Source of the DNA: Barthelona sp. PCE
Lineage: Eukaryota
Length of the DNA: 64,000 nucleotides
Assembly (NCBI GenBank): GCA_040285745.1
Contig: JAUFOR010000005.1
Span: forward strand, 434,001-498,000
Reading direction: 5' to 3'
Shown here: positions 1-10,300 of the stretch, piece after piece
Position numbering within the stretch: position 1 is the first letter of the stretch
Layout: each line of letters starts with the position of its first letter
Position numbers and translations under genes: made by a program
The notes under the pieces: generated by a model
Database searches by the model: none
What the model saw: only the letters and a program-made list of their open reading frames with translations
Told to the model about the DNA's origin: nothing

Positions 1-2
1 CT

Positions 3-1388
3 GCTCGTTCATATCTGGTTGACGAGTGTCTTTCCATTATTGAGCAAATATCCACAATAGTACGTCACTTTAATATCCAATTGCCCAAGTTACACAACCA
101 TTTGCCTCAGAAATGTGCGTTGCAGCCCTTCTGCGGGTGGGATATCCAGCTCAACACCGACCATCGTAAGCTTTTCATGCGTTACAAGGCAATCATCACG
201 AAATCATCACCGCGTTTCATGGGGGTGTTCACAGATGATTTGTTCTCGTATTTCAACACCTACAACGGGTTCAGTGATCTCGACGTCATCAAGAGCATCA
301 AGCTCATTAATGATGAAGACGCTCTTACCGGGTATCATGCCAAGGTGATTGAGAATCCAAGTTATATAGCCAATGTTTTCACCTCATTACTGCTAATGGA
401 GAAGTGCTACAGGGGGTTCTACGACTCCAGTGTGGCTTTTAAGTTCTTCCACTATATTATTGAGAACGACGTAATACCCTTCCTCCCAGTTCGTGAAATT
501 TTCTTCTTTATTGCAAAGATCGTCCCGTTGCATTGTTTGAAACGCAGTTTGCGCGAGTGTGAGTCCTTGGGTTACTTCCTACGCGAGATCTTGTGCTTGT
601 TTGTTTATTATTTAAATAATTTCGACGAGATTCCAAACTGTTTCTTTACAGATTTAGACGCTAATGAACGTGATAAGAAGATGGAGTTCGTTTCTTTCTT
701 CTCGGAGTTCTCCCATTACCTGTACAATTCGTTTGAGATTGGTTTGATGGAGAGCAGTCAATCATTGGATATGATCCCCATTCATCGTAGATTTCTTTCT
801 ATGATTAATCTCATTAGTGGTGTGTTCACGCATCAGTTCTACGGTGAGTTCAGTGAGGAACTTGTTAAGTTGGTTAAGGAGTCTTTTACTGATGTTGATG
901 AAACCCTTGTAGGTAAAGCAAGAACTGTCATTAAAAATATTCAAATTGCTTCACAAAGAGTGTATCAGCCACCGTCAACAATCAACATCCCTGAGAAACT
1001 TCTGAAAGATATTGCTGAAGATGCTGCGGCTGCTGCTGAAAAAGCAAAACCTGTTTCTGAGAAATCAAAACCGTTTGCAACTGATGAAGAAGATCGTATA
1101 AAGTCTAGGAAGAGAAGCGGTGGTCCGAAGAGGCACAAACACAGGGAGAAGCAAGAGCATAGACCAAAACAGGGGCGATATCAGCACCATCAACCTCAGA
1201 AGGGTGGTCGTCGTCGTGGAAGAAATGAACTGTCCCATGATCGTATGATGCCTCCACCTCCAATGCCAATGCAGGCGCCTCCCCACCATGTTCCCCAACG
1301 ACAACGCCCTCATTCAAATCGTAATCATCCCGAACGTAATCATCCTGATAGACCAAAACAGCATGGTCGTCGTCAATTCCGTCAATAA
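3..1388 (+). CDS. 5'-partial CDS; helical protein with basic/Pro-rich tail, possibly THO complex subunit 2 (Tho2) C-terminal region
   Basis: Frame is open from position 3 (track start 81 is TTG). Segments SLRECESLGYFLREIL and FVSFFSEFSHYLY...RRFLSMINLISGVF loosely follow the Tho2 C-terminal pattern; disordered R/H/P tail follows. Confidence 0.4.
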   Translation, partial: ARSYLVDECLSIIEQISTIVRHFNIQLPKLHNHLPQKCALQPFCGWDIQLNTDHRKLFMRYKAIITKSSPRFMGVFTDDLFSYFNTYNGFSDLDVIKSIKLINDEDALTGYHAKVIENPSYIANVFTSLLLMEKCYRGFYDSSVAFKFFHYIIENDVIPFLPVREIFFFIAKIVPLHCLKRSLRECESLGYFLREILCLFVYYLNNFDEIPNCFFTDLDANERDKKMEFVSFFSEFSHYLYNSFEIGLMESSQSLDMIPIHRRFLSMINLISGVFTHQFYGEFSEELVKLVKESFTDVDETLVGKARTVIKNIQIASQRVYQPPSTINIPEKLLKDIAEDAAAAAEKAKPVSEKSKPFATDEEDRIKSRKRSGGPKRHKHREKQEHRPKQGRYQHHQPQKGGRRRGRNELSHDRMMPPPPMPMQAPPHHVPQRQRPHSNRNHPERNHPDRPKQHGRRQFRQ

Positions 1389-1504
1389 AAATAAATAAAT
1401 CATGTTCTTGTGGGTGATCACCTGCTTTACTGTGATGGAGAATTCTTTTTAAGTAACTGTTTTTTGTAGTCAATTTTCACATCCATTTCTACGCTAAATC
1501 CACA

Positions 1505-2995
1505 ATGAATGATTGGGGATCTTTCAGGGCTGCACTAGGCGAAGCCAAGAGAGGCATGGGAGATGCGCAAGTTGCTATACAGTTTGCATCCACAGGTTCA
1601 ACCTCCACAATAGCTCAAAGAGTGATGCGGAACACATCAGAGGAACATCTGGAGACGATAAAAGAGGCTGTCGACAAACTTTGCAGTTCTTTTGTTAGTG
1701 AGCAAGAAGCTGCAGTTCGTGAGTTGCTTAAACACGCTAAGAAGGCAAAGCATCTGGACGCCGTCGTACACCACTTTCTGGGTAATCGCAAAGCTGCAAT
1801 AACACTTGCTGAAATGTGTTTAACACCCAGTGCAGACAGTAATGGGAATATGGTTGACAAACTCGGGTATTTAGCATGTTGGTTGCTGACCAACATCGTA
1901 AGCAGCTCGCATACAAAGTGTTTCATGCGTGAAATAATCATCTTAGATAGTATAGTAATGCCTGAGAATAGCGAGCGTTATGCTAATAAGCACGTGGCAC
2001 AAGCATTCTGGGCAATCAGCAATTTCACAGCAGACAAGGATCCTGAGTGTCATAGCAGGTATTATAATAATTTCTTTTTTGATTGCGTTGAATATTATAT
2101 TCATCAGAAAGATTTTTTCAGTGAGAAAGAGTTAGCTACACAACCTTTATATGCCATGGACGCACTTCTTCACTTTGCAAATAAGCAACCAGTTGACCAT
2201 GAACTAAAAGATAGGCAATTCGCGTTATTACAACATTTATTAAAAAATTTACCTAAACTATATCCTGTATTGAAAGAAACACCATGGTTAATCTATCGTC
2301 TGATGCGCTCCGGTGACAGCCTCGAGGAGACCTTTGCTGATAAGTTTGGTGATGTTGTGGCATTATTAGTTAAAGGTTTGCACACTTCCCTTGAAGAATT
2401 TGGTCTTAGCGTTTCGCACGCGTTTTTCTTGGGTCTAGGGAGTGTTATGATGGGACCAAGTTCAGTGGAAGATCTTGTTTTGAGCACAAGTTTTTTGGAA
2501 GCAGAATTCATTAGTTTTATTTCCAGTTGTTTGTTGAAAGAGCAGTTTGTCAGTGACTGCTACTGGGTTGCTGGCAACGTATTAGGCATGAATAATGGAT
2601 CAGAACAACTTGAAAATCCGGCTTTCGCTTTGCTTATAAATTACATAGCTTCGAATCGCATTCCAATTAAAAATCTAAAACTAATCAGAGTAGCTTCGTT
2701 GTTTATGACGGATTTATTGTTTCATACGTTGAATTTCCCAGAATTTTATTTTGATTTCGGTATTATCGCAGCTTTAGAGTTTTTAAAGAAGAATAGTCAT
2801 GAAGCACAGTTTTTGGACGCATACGCAGAGCACAGACCTAAGTTACCTGGTGCTGCTATGGAACAGATGGAGCAACCAGAGGAGATTATGGAGGAAATGC
2901 CTACTTTGAATGAACTAGATGATCGGTTCACAAATTTGTCAGGATTGCTTGAGAACAAGGATCTTGCAGCCGTTTTCGATCTGTTGAAGGTATAA
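1505..2995 (+). CDS. Divergent armadillo-repeat protein, importin-alpha-like
   Basis: Recurrent W-x-x-x-N ARM motifs: ACWLLTNI, QAFWAISNF, CYWVAGNV. Confidence 0.6.
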   Translation: MNDWGSFRAALGEAKRGMGDAQVAIQFASTGSTSTIAQRVMRNTSEEHLETIKEAVDKLCSSFVSEQEAAVRELLKHAKKAKHLDAVVHHFLGNRKAAITLAEMCLTPSADSNGNMVDKLGYLACWLLTNIVSSSHTKCFMREIIILDSIVMPENSERYANKHVAQAFWAISNFTADKDPECHSRYYNNFFFDCVEYYIHQKDFFSEKELATQPLYAMDALLHFANKQPVDHELKDRQFALLQHLLKNLPKLYPVLKETPWLIYRLMRSGDSLEETFADKFGDVVALLVKGLHTSLEEFGLSVSHAFFLGLGSVMMGPSSVEDLVLSTSFLEAEFISFISSCLLKEQFVSDCYWVAGNVLGMNNGSEQLENPAFALLINYIASNRIPIKNLKLIRVASLFMTDLLFHTLNFPEFYFDFGIIAALEFLKKNSHEAQFLDAYAEHRPKLPGAAMEQMEQPEEIMEEMPTLNELDDRFTNLSGLLENKDLAAVFDLLKV

Positions 2996-3418
2996 TTATC
3001 ACCAAAAAATAAAGTTAAAAATTTTTATCTGCGCAAGTATAATAAGTCATGACATTACACACTGTAGCAGTTTCTACGTGTGATGGGAATGGATTTTGCA
3101 CGATAAATCCATCAGGGAAGTATTATGGAGAATGATAAAGAAGTGTGTTTTTTGGTCTTCTATTAAAGAGCTAAGGGTGATCGTTTCACCTATAACGATG
3201 ACTCATGGGCGAGTTTATGCAACCCAACACGTAAATAGTTCAAAGCTTTCAAAATTTTTACCAATCTCATTAAGACAATATCCTTTGCTTCTTGAACTAG
3301 CAGTTAAGGCACATATTATGTATAAACTGTGTCATTTCCACCCTGATATCGCTATAATCATACGTAATGTCTATAAACTCATTTTTCCCCTTTATCGTAT
3401 CCCCCATCCCCATCTATT

Positions 3419-6220
3419 ATGTCAACTGTAACTGTTAACGGCCAGGACTTCCATGTCAAGGAAGGTACCAACTACTCTGTCGAAACCGTCACCAACGCTG
3501 CCGGACGTACTGTCCCAGCTTGGATTGAAGGATACGGCGTTATTAAGCCTTTCGCAGGTGCTTTCGAAACCCTCCCCAATCCCGAAGAACAGGCTATTCC
3601 TACAGTCAAATTCAGTAAGCCAGGTGAATCAAAACTCGTCGCTGACTTATCTACCGCTCTTAAGGAGTGTGGTCTTAAGGATGGCATGACCATTTCCCTT
3701 CATCATCACCTTCGTAACGGTTGTAATGTTGCCCCGATGATTTACACTTGTCTTGCTGAGTCAGGTTGCAAGGATCTTGAGATTGCTGCATCAAGTGTCC
3801 ATCCCGTCCAGGCACCCACTCTCATCCCCCTCATCGAGAACGGTCAGGTTGTTAAGATCCACACTGGTTTGAACGGTCCTACTGGAAAGTTCGTTTCTGA
3901 AGGCAACATGAAGTACCCCGTCGTTGTTCGTTCTCATGGTTCCCGTGTTCGCGCTGTCGTCACTGGTGACATCAAGATTGATATTGCAGTCATTGCCGCT
4001 TCAGCTGCTGATCTGACTGGTAACGCTAACGGCTTATCTGGTAAAAACAACTGTGGCCCTCTCGCATACGCCGAAATTGATTCCCGCTATGCCAAGAAGG
4101 TTATCGTCGTCACCGATACCCTCGTCCCCTACCCTTGTACCCCTATGGCTATCAAGGGCACCCAGGTGGACCACATTGTTGTTCTTCCCGAAGGTGAGTT
4201 CATTGGTAACCCCAAGAAGATCTCTTCAACAACCACCAAGCTCAGCCGTACTGAGCCCGGTTGGACAATCGCAAAGATGGCCGCTGACTTTATGTTTGAG
4301 TCTGGTTACGTCAAGAACGGTTTCTCATTCCAAGCCGGTGCAGGTGGTGCATCCCTCGGTTCTGTCTATTTCCTTGGTGAGATTATGCGTCGTGAAGGAA
4401 TTACTGCCTCTTGGGCAAACGGTGGTACCACAAAGTACATTGTTGATATGATGAAGGAAGGTCTCGTTGATAAGATTACCACTTGTCAGGCCTTTGACAT
4501 CCCAGCCATTGAATCTATGATCACTGATATGTCACGTCATGTTGAATCATCGATTGATCAATACGCTAACCCCTTTAACAAGCACTGTGTCGTCCACGAT
4601 CTCGATGTTGTTGTCCTTGGTGCTACTGAGGTCGATCTCGACTTTAACGTTAACGTTAACACCCATAGTGATGGTTATCTCCTTCACAACACTGGTGGTC
4701 ATCAGGATACAGCCGCAGGTGGTAAGCTTGCCATCATTGTTGCCCCTGTTGCCCGTGGTTCCAACCCTATCATCATCCCCCGTGTCACTTCCATCACTAC
4801 CCCCGGTGAGTGCGTTGATGCTATTGTCACTGAGGTTGGTATTGCAATCAACCCCAAACGTACCGATTTACTTGAGATCTTGAAGGATTCCGAGCTCCCC
4901 ATCTACACAATGGAGGAACTCTACGAGATTGGCTGTAAGAAGGCTGGTCGTGTTCCCTCTGCCCCATCTGTCAAGGAGAACATTATCGGTATCATCCAAT
5001 GGAGAGACGGCACAGTTATTGATGTTGTCTATGAGGTTGCCAACCCCATTCCTGATGGTCTCAAGCTCAAGTCTGACTGTATCGTCAAGGTCGAGAAGAT
5101 CGAAGGTGAGTCAGAGGTTGAAGTCTTATTGTATGATAACTCACCTATGGTTCCTGTTGAGGAAATGAGGGAACTTGCTCTTGATATGCTCAAGTTCTAC
5201 GGTTTGGAGAACGTCAAGATTTCAATTACTGATAAGGTTGCTGAGAAGTGGACCATTGCTGCTCGTATCGAGTATGCCCTCAAGAATGAATTTAAGGTTA
5301 CCGGCGCATATCTTCTTCCTCTTCACCCCGAGTTGGAGAATCGCCAACAACGCGACAAGAAGGCTTTCCGCCGTTCTATGCTTTATGTTCCTGGTAACAA
5401 CCCCTACATGATGGCCAAGGCTGACTGTGGTGCTGATTGTGTCATTTACGATATGGAAGATGCTGTTGCCCCCAAGGATAAGCCTTTCGCACGTATTCTT
5501 GCCCGTAACGCTCTCCGTGCCGTCCCCTTCGGACAAACCGAGCGCCAAGTTCGTATCAACCAGGCAGATTTTGGTCTTGAAGATATCCGTGATATCGTTA
5601 AGAACGCTCCTGTCGACCTTATCTTTGTCCCCAAGGTCGAGACCGCTGAAGAACTTGAAGCAATCGAAGCTGTCATTGATGAGTGCAATCCTGACATTCG
5701 TCCTTACATTGTTCCCCTTATCGAATCTGCTATTGGTGTTGAGTACGTATTTGACATTATCAAGAATAACAAGGAGAACATTGTTGGTCTTTCTATGGGT
5801 CTTGAGGATTATACCGCTAATATTGGTGCCATTAGAACCAAGACTGATGAGGAAAGCGCTTGGGCACAAAACCGTGTCAACAATGCTGCTGCTGCTTTTG
5901 GCCTTCAGTCATATGACTCTGTCTTTTCTGATTTCAATGATGTTGAGGGTCTAGTCAAGTCTGTCAAGCGTGCTAAGGGTCTTGGATTCGTTGGTAAGCG
6001 TCTGATTCATCCTTCTCAAATCAAGCACACTAACAAGGCTTTCCTTCCTGAAGCAAAGGAGCTTGAGCGCGCCATGGCTATTGTCCGTGCTTTCAACGCT
6101 GCTAACGGTGGTGCTGTAGCTCTTGGTAAGAAGATGATTGACCTGCCTGTTTGTGAACGTGCTCAACAGGTTGTTCGTCTTGCTGTCAAGGCTGGTATGA
6201 TTGCTGAGAACTGGGAGTAA
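3419..6220 (+). CDS. citF-citD-citE: Fused citrate lyase: CitF (alpha, CoA/ACP-transferase) + CitD (gamma, ACP) + CitE (beta, citryl lyase)
   Basis: CitF motifs GLKDGMTISLHHHLRNG, SFQAGAGG, GATEVDLDFNVNV, GGHQDTAAG, WRDGTVIDVV (to ~5040). CitD-like KSDCIVKV...GLENVKISITDK..WTIAARIEYAL (~5051-5290). CitE motifs RRSMLYVPGN, DMEDAV, VRIN, PLIES, GLEDY, GKRLIHPSQI (5369-6220). Confidence 0.93.
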   Translation: MSTVTVNGQDFHVKEGTNYSVETVTNAAGRTVPAWIEGYGVIKPFAGAFETLPNPEEQAIPTVKFSKPGESKLVADLSTALKECGLKDGMTISLHHHLRNGCNVAPMIYTCLAESGCKDLEIAASSVHPVQAPTLIPLIENGQVVKIHTGLNGPTGKFVSEGNMKYPVVVRSHGSRVRAVVTGDIKIDIAVIAASAADLTGNANGLSGKNNCGPLAYAEIDSRYAKKVIVVTDTLVPYPCTPMAIKGTQVDHIVVLPEGEFIGNPKKISSTTTKLSRTEPGWTIAKMAADFMFESGYVKNGFSFQAGAGGASLGSVYFLGEIMRREGITASWANGGTTKYIVDMMKEGLVDKITTCQAFDIPAIESMITDMSRHVESSIDQYANPFNKHCVVHDLDVVVLGATEVDLDFNVNVNTHSDGYLLHNTGGHQDTAAGGKLAIIVAPVARGSNPIIIPRVTSITTPGECVDAIVTEVGIAINPKRTDLLEILKDSELPIYTMEELYEIGCKKAGRVPSAPSVKENIIGIIQWRDGTVIDVVYEVANPIPDGLKLKSDCIVKVEKIEGESEVEVLLYDNSPMVPVEEMRELALDMLKFYGLENVKISITDKVAEKWTIAARIEYALKNEFKVTGAYLLPLHPELENRQQRDKKAFRRSMLYVPGNNPYMMAKADCGADCVIYDMEDAVAPKDKPFARILARNALRAVPFGQTERQVRINQADFGLEDIRDIVKNAPVDLIFVPKVETAEELEAIEAVIDECNPDIRPYIVPLIESAIGVEYVFDIIKNNKENIVGLSMGLEDYTANIGAIRTKTDEESAWAQNRVNNAAAAFGLQSYDSVFSDFNDVEGLVKSVKRAKGLGFVGKRLIHPSQIKHTNKAFLPEAKELERAMAIVRAFNAANGGAVALGKKMIDLPVCERAQQVVRLAVKAGMIAENWE

Positions 6221-6323
6221 TCATTGAGTTTTTCCCCCTATTTCCCCTTTTGTAAAAAATGTTTCCTTTTTTTGTTCTCTTTTCATTTGTTTTTGACATA
6301 TTTTTTTCGTTTCTTAGTTAACC

Positions 6324-6857
6324 ATGTTCGAGAAAGAAGTGATTGATACAATAGAAGCCATGTATAGTGAAGACCCTGATTGTTTTACCAAAGATCTTGA
6401 TGTTGCATTCAATTTCATGCAAAGCAAATGCGAATTTCCTTCAGAATTCGCAAACGACAAGCATAGCGCTGGGTTTATTGCGTTGGTTGAAGTTCTATGT
6501 GCAACTTTTGAAGAAACCCTTTCCACACATTTATTTGCCAGTTATCTTGAGGATAATGACCTATCTCTCTCGCTGATAGAGATTATTAGGGCTAAGTATG
6601 AAGCAGAAAGTGCTGATATTATTAAACAATTCATTAATGATGTTAGTATTAATAATTCTTTGGTAGACGTTAAATATGAACTTATTTTTGAGAATAAGAA
6701 CAGTAACGCTAAGAATGTACGAAGTTTTTATTATTTAGTAACATTTTTTTTCGATAATGATACATCAAAAATTATTAAATTTAGTTTAAGTGAATTGATG
6801 AAATTTAATAATGAACTAAATGATATAAAGACAGCTATTGGTTTATTGGAACAGTAA
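6324..6857 (+). CDS. COMM-domain (COMMD-like) protein
   Basis: 177 aa; helical N-terminus and C-terminal LVDVKYEL...FSLSELMKFNNELNDI matching the COMM domain pattern (canonical Trp replaced by Tyr). Confidence 0.6.
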   Translation: MFEKEVIDTIEAMYSEDPDCFTKDLDVAFNFMQSKCEFPSEFANDKHSAGFIALVEVLCATFEETLSTHLFASYLEDNDLSLSLIEIIRAKYEAESADIIKQFINDVSINNSLVDVKYELIFENKNSNAKNVRSFYYLVTFFFDNDTSKIIKFSLSELMKFNNELNDIKTAIGLLEQ

Positions 6858-6897
6858 GCATGTGTATTTCTCTCTCTTTTAATAGTAAAAACAATCT

Positions 6898-7143
6898 TTA
6901 AGCTTCTTCTTCTTCTTCATGAACAATAGGTACTATATGCCTGATATTCAATCCTTTAACAAATAAAGGTGATGCAATGGGGATCGGTGTGTCATTGACT
7001 GTGGTGGAAATACAGTCCTTCAACACTATGTTGAGAGAATCATCAATTGTGTGCAAAATGCCCTCGTATTGAAGGAAAGGGTTAATATAGCAGTGTACTC
7101 GCTCTCCTACTAAGCTTAGAAGATAATCTTGTGGGGCTTGCAT
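6898..7143 (-). CDS. Sm/LSm family protein (LSm6/SmF-like)
   Basis: PQDYLLSLVGERV...YEGILHTIDDSLNIVL (Sm1) and LFVKGLNIRHI (Sm2); first ATG at 7143. Confidence 0.8.
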   Translation of the reverse strand: MQAPQDYLLSLVGERVHCYINPFLQYEGILHTIDDSLNIVLKDCISTTVNDTPIPIASPLFVKGLNIRHIVPIVHEEEEEA

Positions 7144-7309
7144 TTGTATGTTAAGAGCAAAAAAAGGCAAAACACTGTTATCTGTACTGCTTGTCTTTAA
7201 TATGATTGTGAATTATGTCACAGGTATTTACTTACAAACGAAGCCTCAACACCCAAGTAAAATCGGTATAAATATGTATTGAGTTGTTACAATTTTTATC
7301 CTCTTTTCA

Positions 7310-10300
7310 ATGGGGTGCACAAGTTCCAAGGTAACTGATCAGGTATACCTACAGGAAGAATCCCTGAACCAGGATCAGCATGACAGATTAATGATTTCCT
7401 TGCCAAAAACGTCGAATAATGATATTGTAGATACAGAAAGTGCTCTATCGACGTATAGAGAGAAACCACCGGTTTTTGAAACGTATGTTGAGGAGTTAGC
7501 TTCCTCATACGAGTTTAGAACAACTTTTTGTGGCGGTGGTGGTGGTAACGAGAGAAATTCAGAGTTTTTACATGAATCCAATCCCCAATTCCGCATCTGC
7601 GCTCCAGCAGGAACTAAGTTAAAGCTTCATATTCACCAAGAACAACCCTGGGGACAACGTCGAAGTGTCGGATTCTTTTGCTTTGGTACATCAGCACAGT
7701 TACCCTTGAAGACATTAGATGTTGTGGACACATTCGTACACATGGGCAAAATGAACACAAACCCTGTAGAAGCAGAAATAGAGATGCCTAATAATGGAAT
7801 CATGATTATTGTGCTTAGTCGAGTTCATAGCGCACAAACACAATACATCTTCACCATCGACTCAGTTGATGGCACAGGCATAGATTGCGAGCATACTATC
7901 CTTCCTCCATATTTCACATGTGAAGATTTATCATTCACTCAGTCAATAGAGGGTTCATTTCATCCGTCTAATTCTGGAGGTCTGATAGACAGTGGCAGCT
8001 TCCATCTTAACTCAAAGACTATCTTTACTGTGAGAGGTGAAGAATCACAAGCATTTTGTATTAATTTTGAGGTTATTGAAGGGTTTTTTCAATATAATTA
8101 TTATCTTTTTAATTCTAATGATGAATGTATATTCACATTGAACAAGCCAAACAGTAGGAGCTCAAACAGTCGTTTATTCATTAAACCTGGTCGGTATAGT
8201 ATTGTTCCAGCTACTGTTGTTAAGGGGGTTGAGGGTGTGTTCAAAATTGGATTGCACTGTGCAACTGACTTTTCATTGCACATGAAGAACCACCACCAGG
8301 ATAAGAAGCCCGTTTTCGAGCATGATGGAAGGTTTAACGTTCAAGGTTTCGGAAAAGATGGAAATCTTCAGTTTACGCCGCATTATCTGTTGAACATCGT
8401 TAATCCTGAAACATACTTTACTGTCAAGATCGATATTGAGGGCTCTGTGCTATACAGTGTGATCATTCTTGATCAAATGCAAAATATTATCCATTCTTCT
8501 CGTCAAACATCGTTGAATTTTGTTGAAGTAATGATGCTTGATGTTGGACAATACACAATGTACATCACACCAACAAACCCACACGCCCAAAACAGCTACA
8601 ACATGTCAGTTTATTCTCAATCTGATGTGCTGGTTGAAAAAGTCAAGGATCATGTATGTTATTCAAATAATGAAGGTTCAGTGGAGTATATATTTGTAGG
8701 TGAATTCCCCGAAGACGGTGGTTCATCATGGGCAGTTGGCCACTGGAATAATCCACATGTTTACCTTGAGGGTTCTGGAGAGATCAAACTTGAGTTACAG
8801 AGAGTTAAACATTTCAATAATGTAGGTGTTAGCATTCATACTGTTAACGATGACTCATCTCTGTTTAGCAACCAGAACACAACACAGTTTTACAACAGTA
8901 AGCTTAATGCGTTCCCTGGTAACATTGATTTGACCCTTTCTTTACCCCCAAATCAGTATGTTATTGTGTTGCACGGTGTCGAGTCCATCAGGGGATCGTT
9001 TTGGTTGAGAATGTCCTGCAGTCCCTCTGTATTCATTAACCAGTTTGGTTTAGAAAAGGTGACGTCCATTCCAGTCGATGACGATAAGATAGCGTTCGAG
9101 CAATCGTTCACCGTAAGTGATAAGATTCCTGGCATTTACGACGGTGTCAAGGCAGTGGGTGTTCCATCCGATCACGTTGGTCCGCTTGTTGCCTTTAACG
9201 ATGCCGAAGTTTTGCTTTGTGGTCGCAGTGGTCTCTTTAAAGTTGACTCAGTCGAGTTCCGGAAGCAGTGGTGTGTGCGGTACAGCGGCCTCTCACACAG
9301 TGAGCATGAGCCGGTTGAGAAGTTCTTACCAGCCATTGTGCAAGATAAGAATGTCTGTTGCCTGAGTGGACTGCTTTGGTTTTCAGAAAACACAGATTTA
9401 TTGGATAACATACTGGCAGCAAACCACGTGGAGCACATTCAGATCTTGTCTTCATGTAAGATATTTAAGAATTCTCCAAAAACTGCACACACATTTGTCG
9501 TATGGGAAGGTGTCGACCTCACGGTTCCCACTGTAGTTGCCATGCGATACAACGATTTCTACTCGGAGGAGAGGTGTCATATTCTGAGCGAACTTATCAA
9601 GCAAAGTCCCTATATAGTTATCTTAGCTGATTTCAAGCAATGGTATACTCTTTCGAATTACCGCCAGAAGACTTTAGCGTTCAGCTTCCCACTCAATGTG
9701 ATGCTACAGGAGCACGGTATCGATATTCAGTATATCCTAGGTGCGTTCCAAAGCAGCGACTGTCCTACTCCGGAGATGCAAGCTGCTGATCCAGATATCG
9801 ACTATGCTGACATCGAAGAATGGTGGTTTGCTGTAGAAGGCGGTTCTACACACCCATTTACAATGTTTTCGACAGAGTATTCACAGAAGTATATTAAATA
9901 CACACATTTTTCTCAAACAGGCAATGCTCTTTCTATTTTAGCAGATCCAAAGTCAAATGTTACTCTCAACGAACGCGTATTCGAGTCCCTAGGACACGTT
10001 ATTGAGATGGGTCTGTTCGGACTTGATCCTTCATGCGATTCTTTCACCGAAACCATCGAGAAAGTTGATGGTTTACTGCCCAGCGTTTTAGTCTGTAATG
10101 AGCAGCCAGTTAATCACAAACACGTCTTTAAGCGTGCCCAACTTGCCCGTGATGTAGCTAGGGCGACAGTCGGACTTCCGGTCGAGGTAGATTATTTCCT
10201 GACATTCCCCGGAGATATTCGCAATCATGCAGCAAAAGATCAAGTGGTTACCGAGATTCAGATCCCAGAACACATCCCAGGAGGAAATGTCGGGTACACA

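Noticed and set aside
3144-3231. Cloverleaf as a tRNA gene
   Set aside because: No TTCRA T-loop, no D-loop GG, and no 7-nt anticodon loop.
3096-3431. 111-aa ORF upstream of the citrate lyase
   Set aside because: TTG start, no motif, overlaps the real start and coincides with the structured spacer.
5222-5869. 215-aa antisense ORF, and similar shadow ORFs such as 23017-23637
   Set aside because: By-products of codon bias on the opposite strand of well-supported genes.
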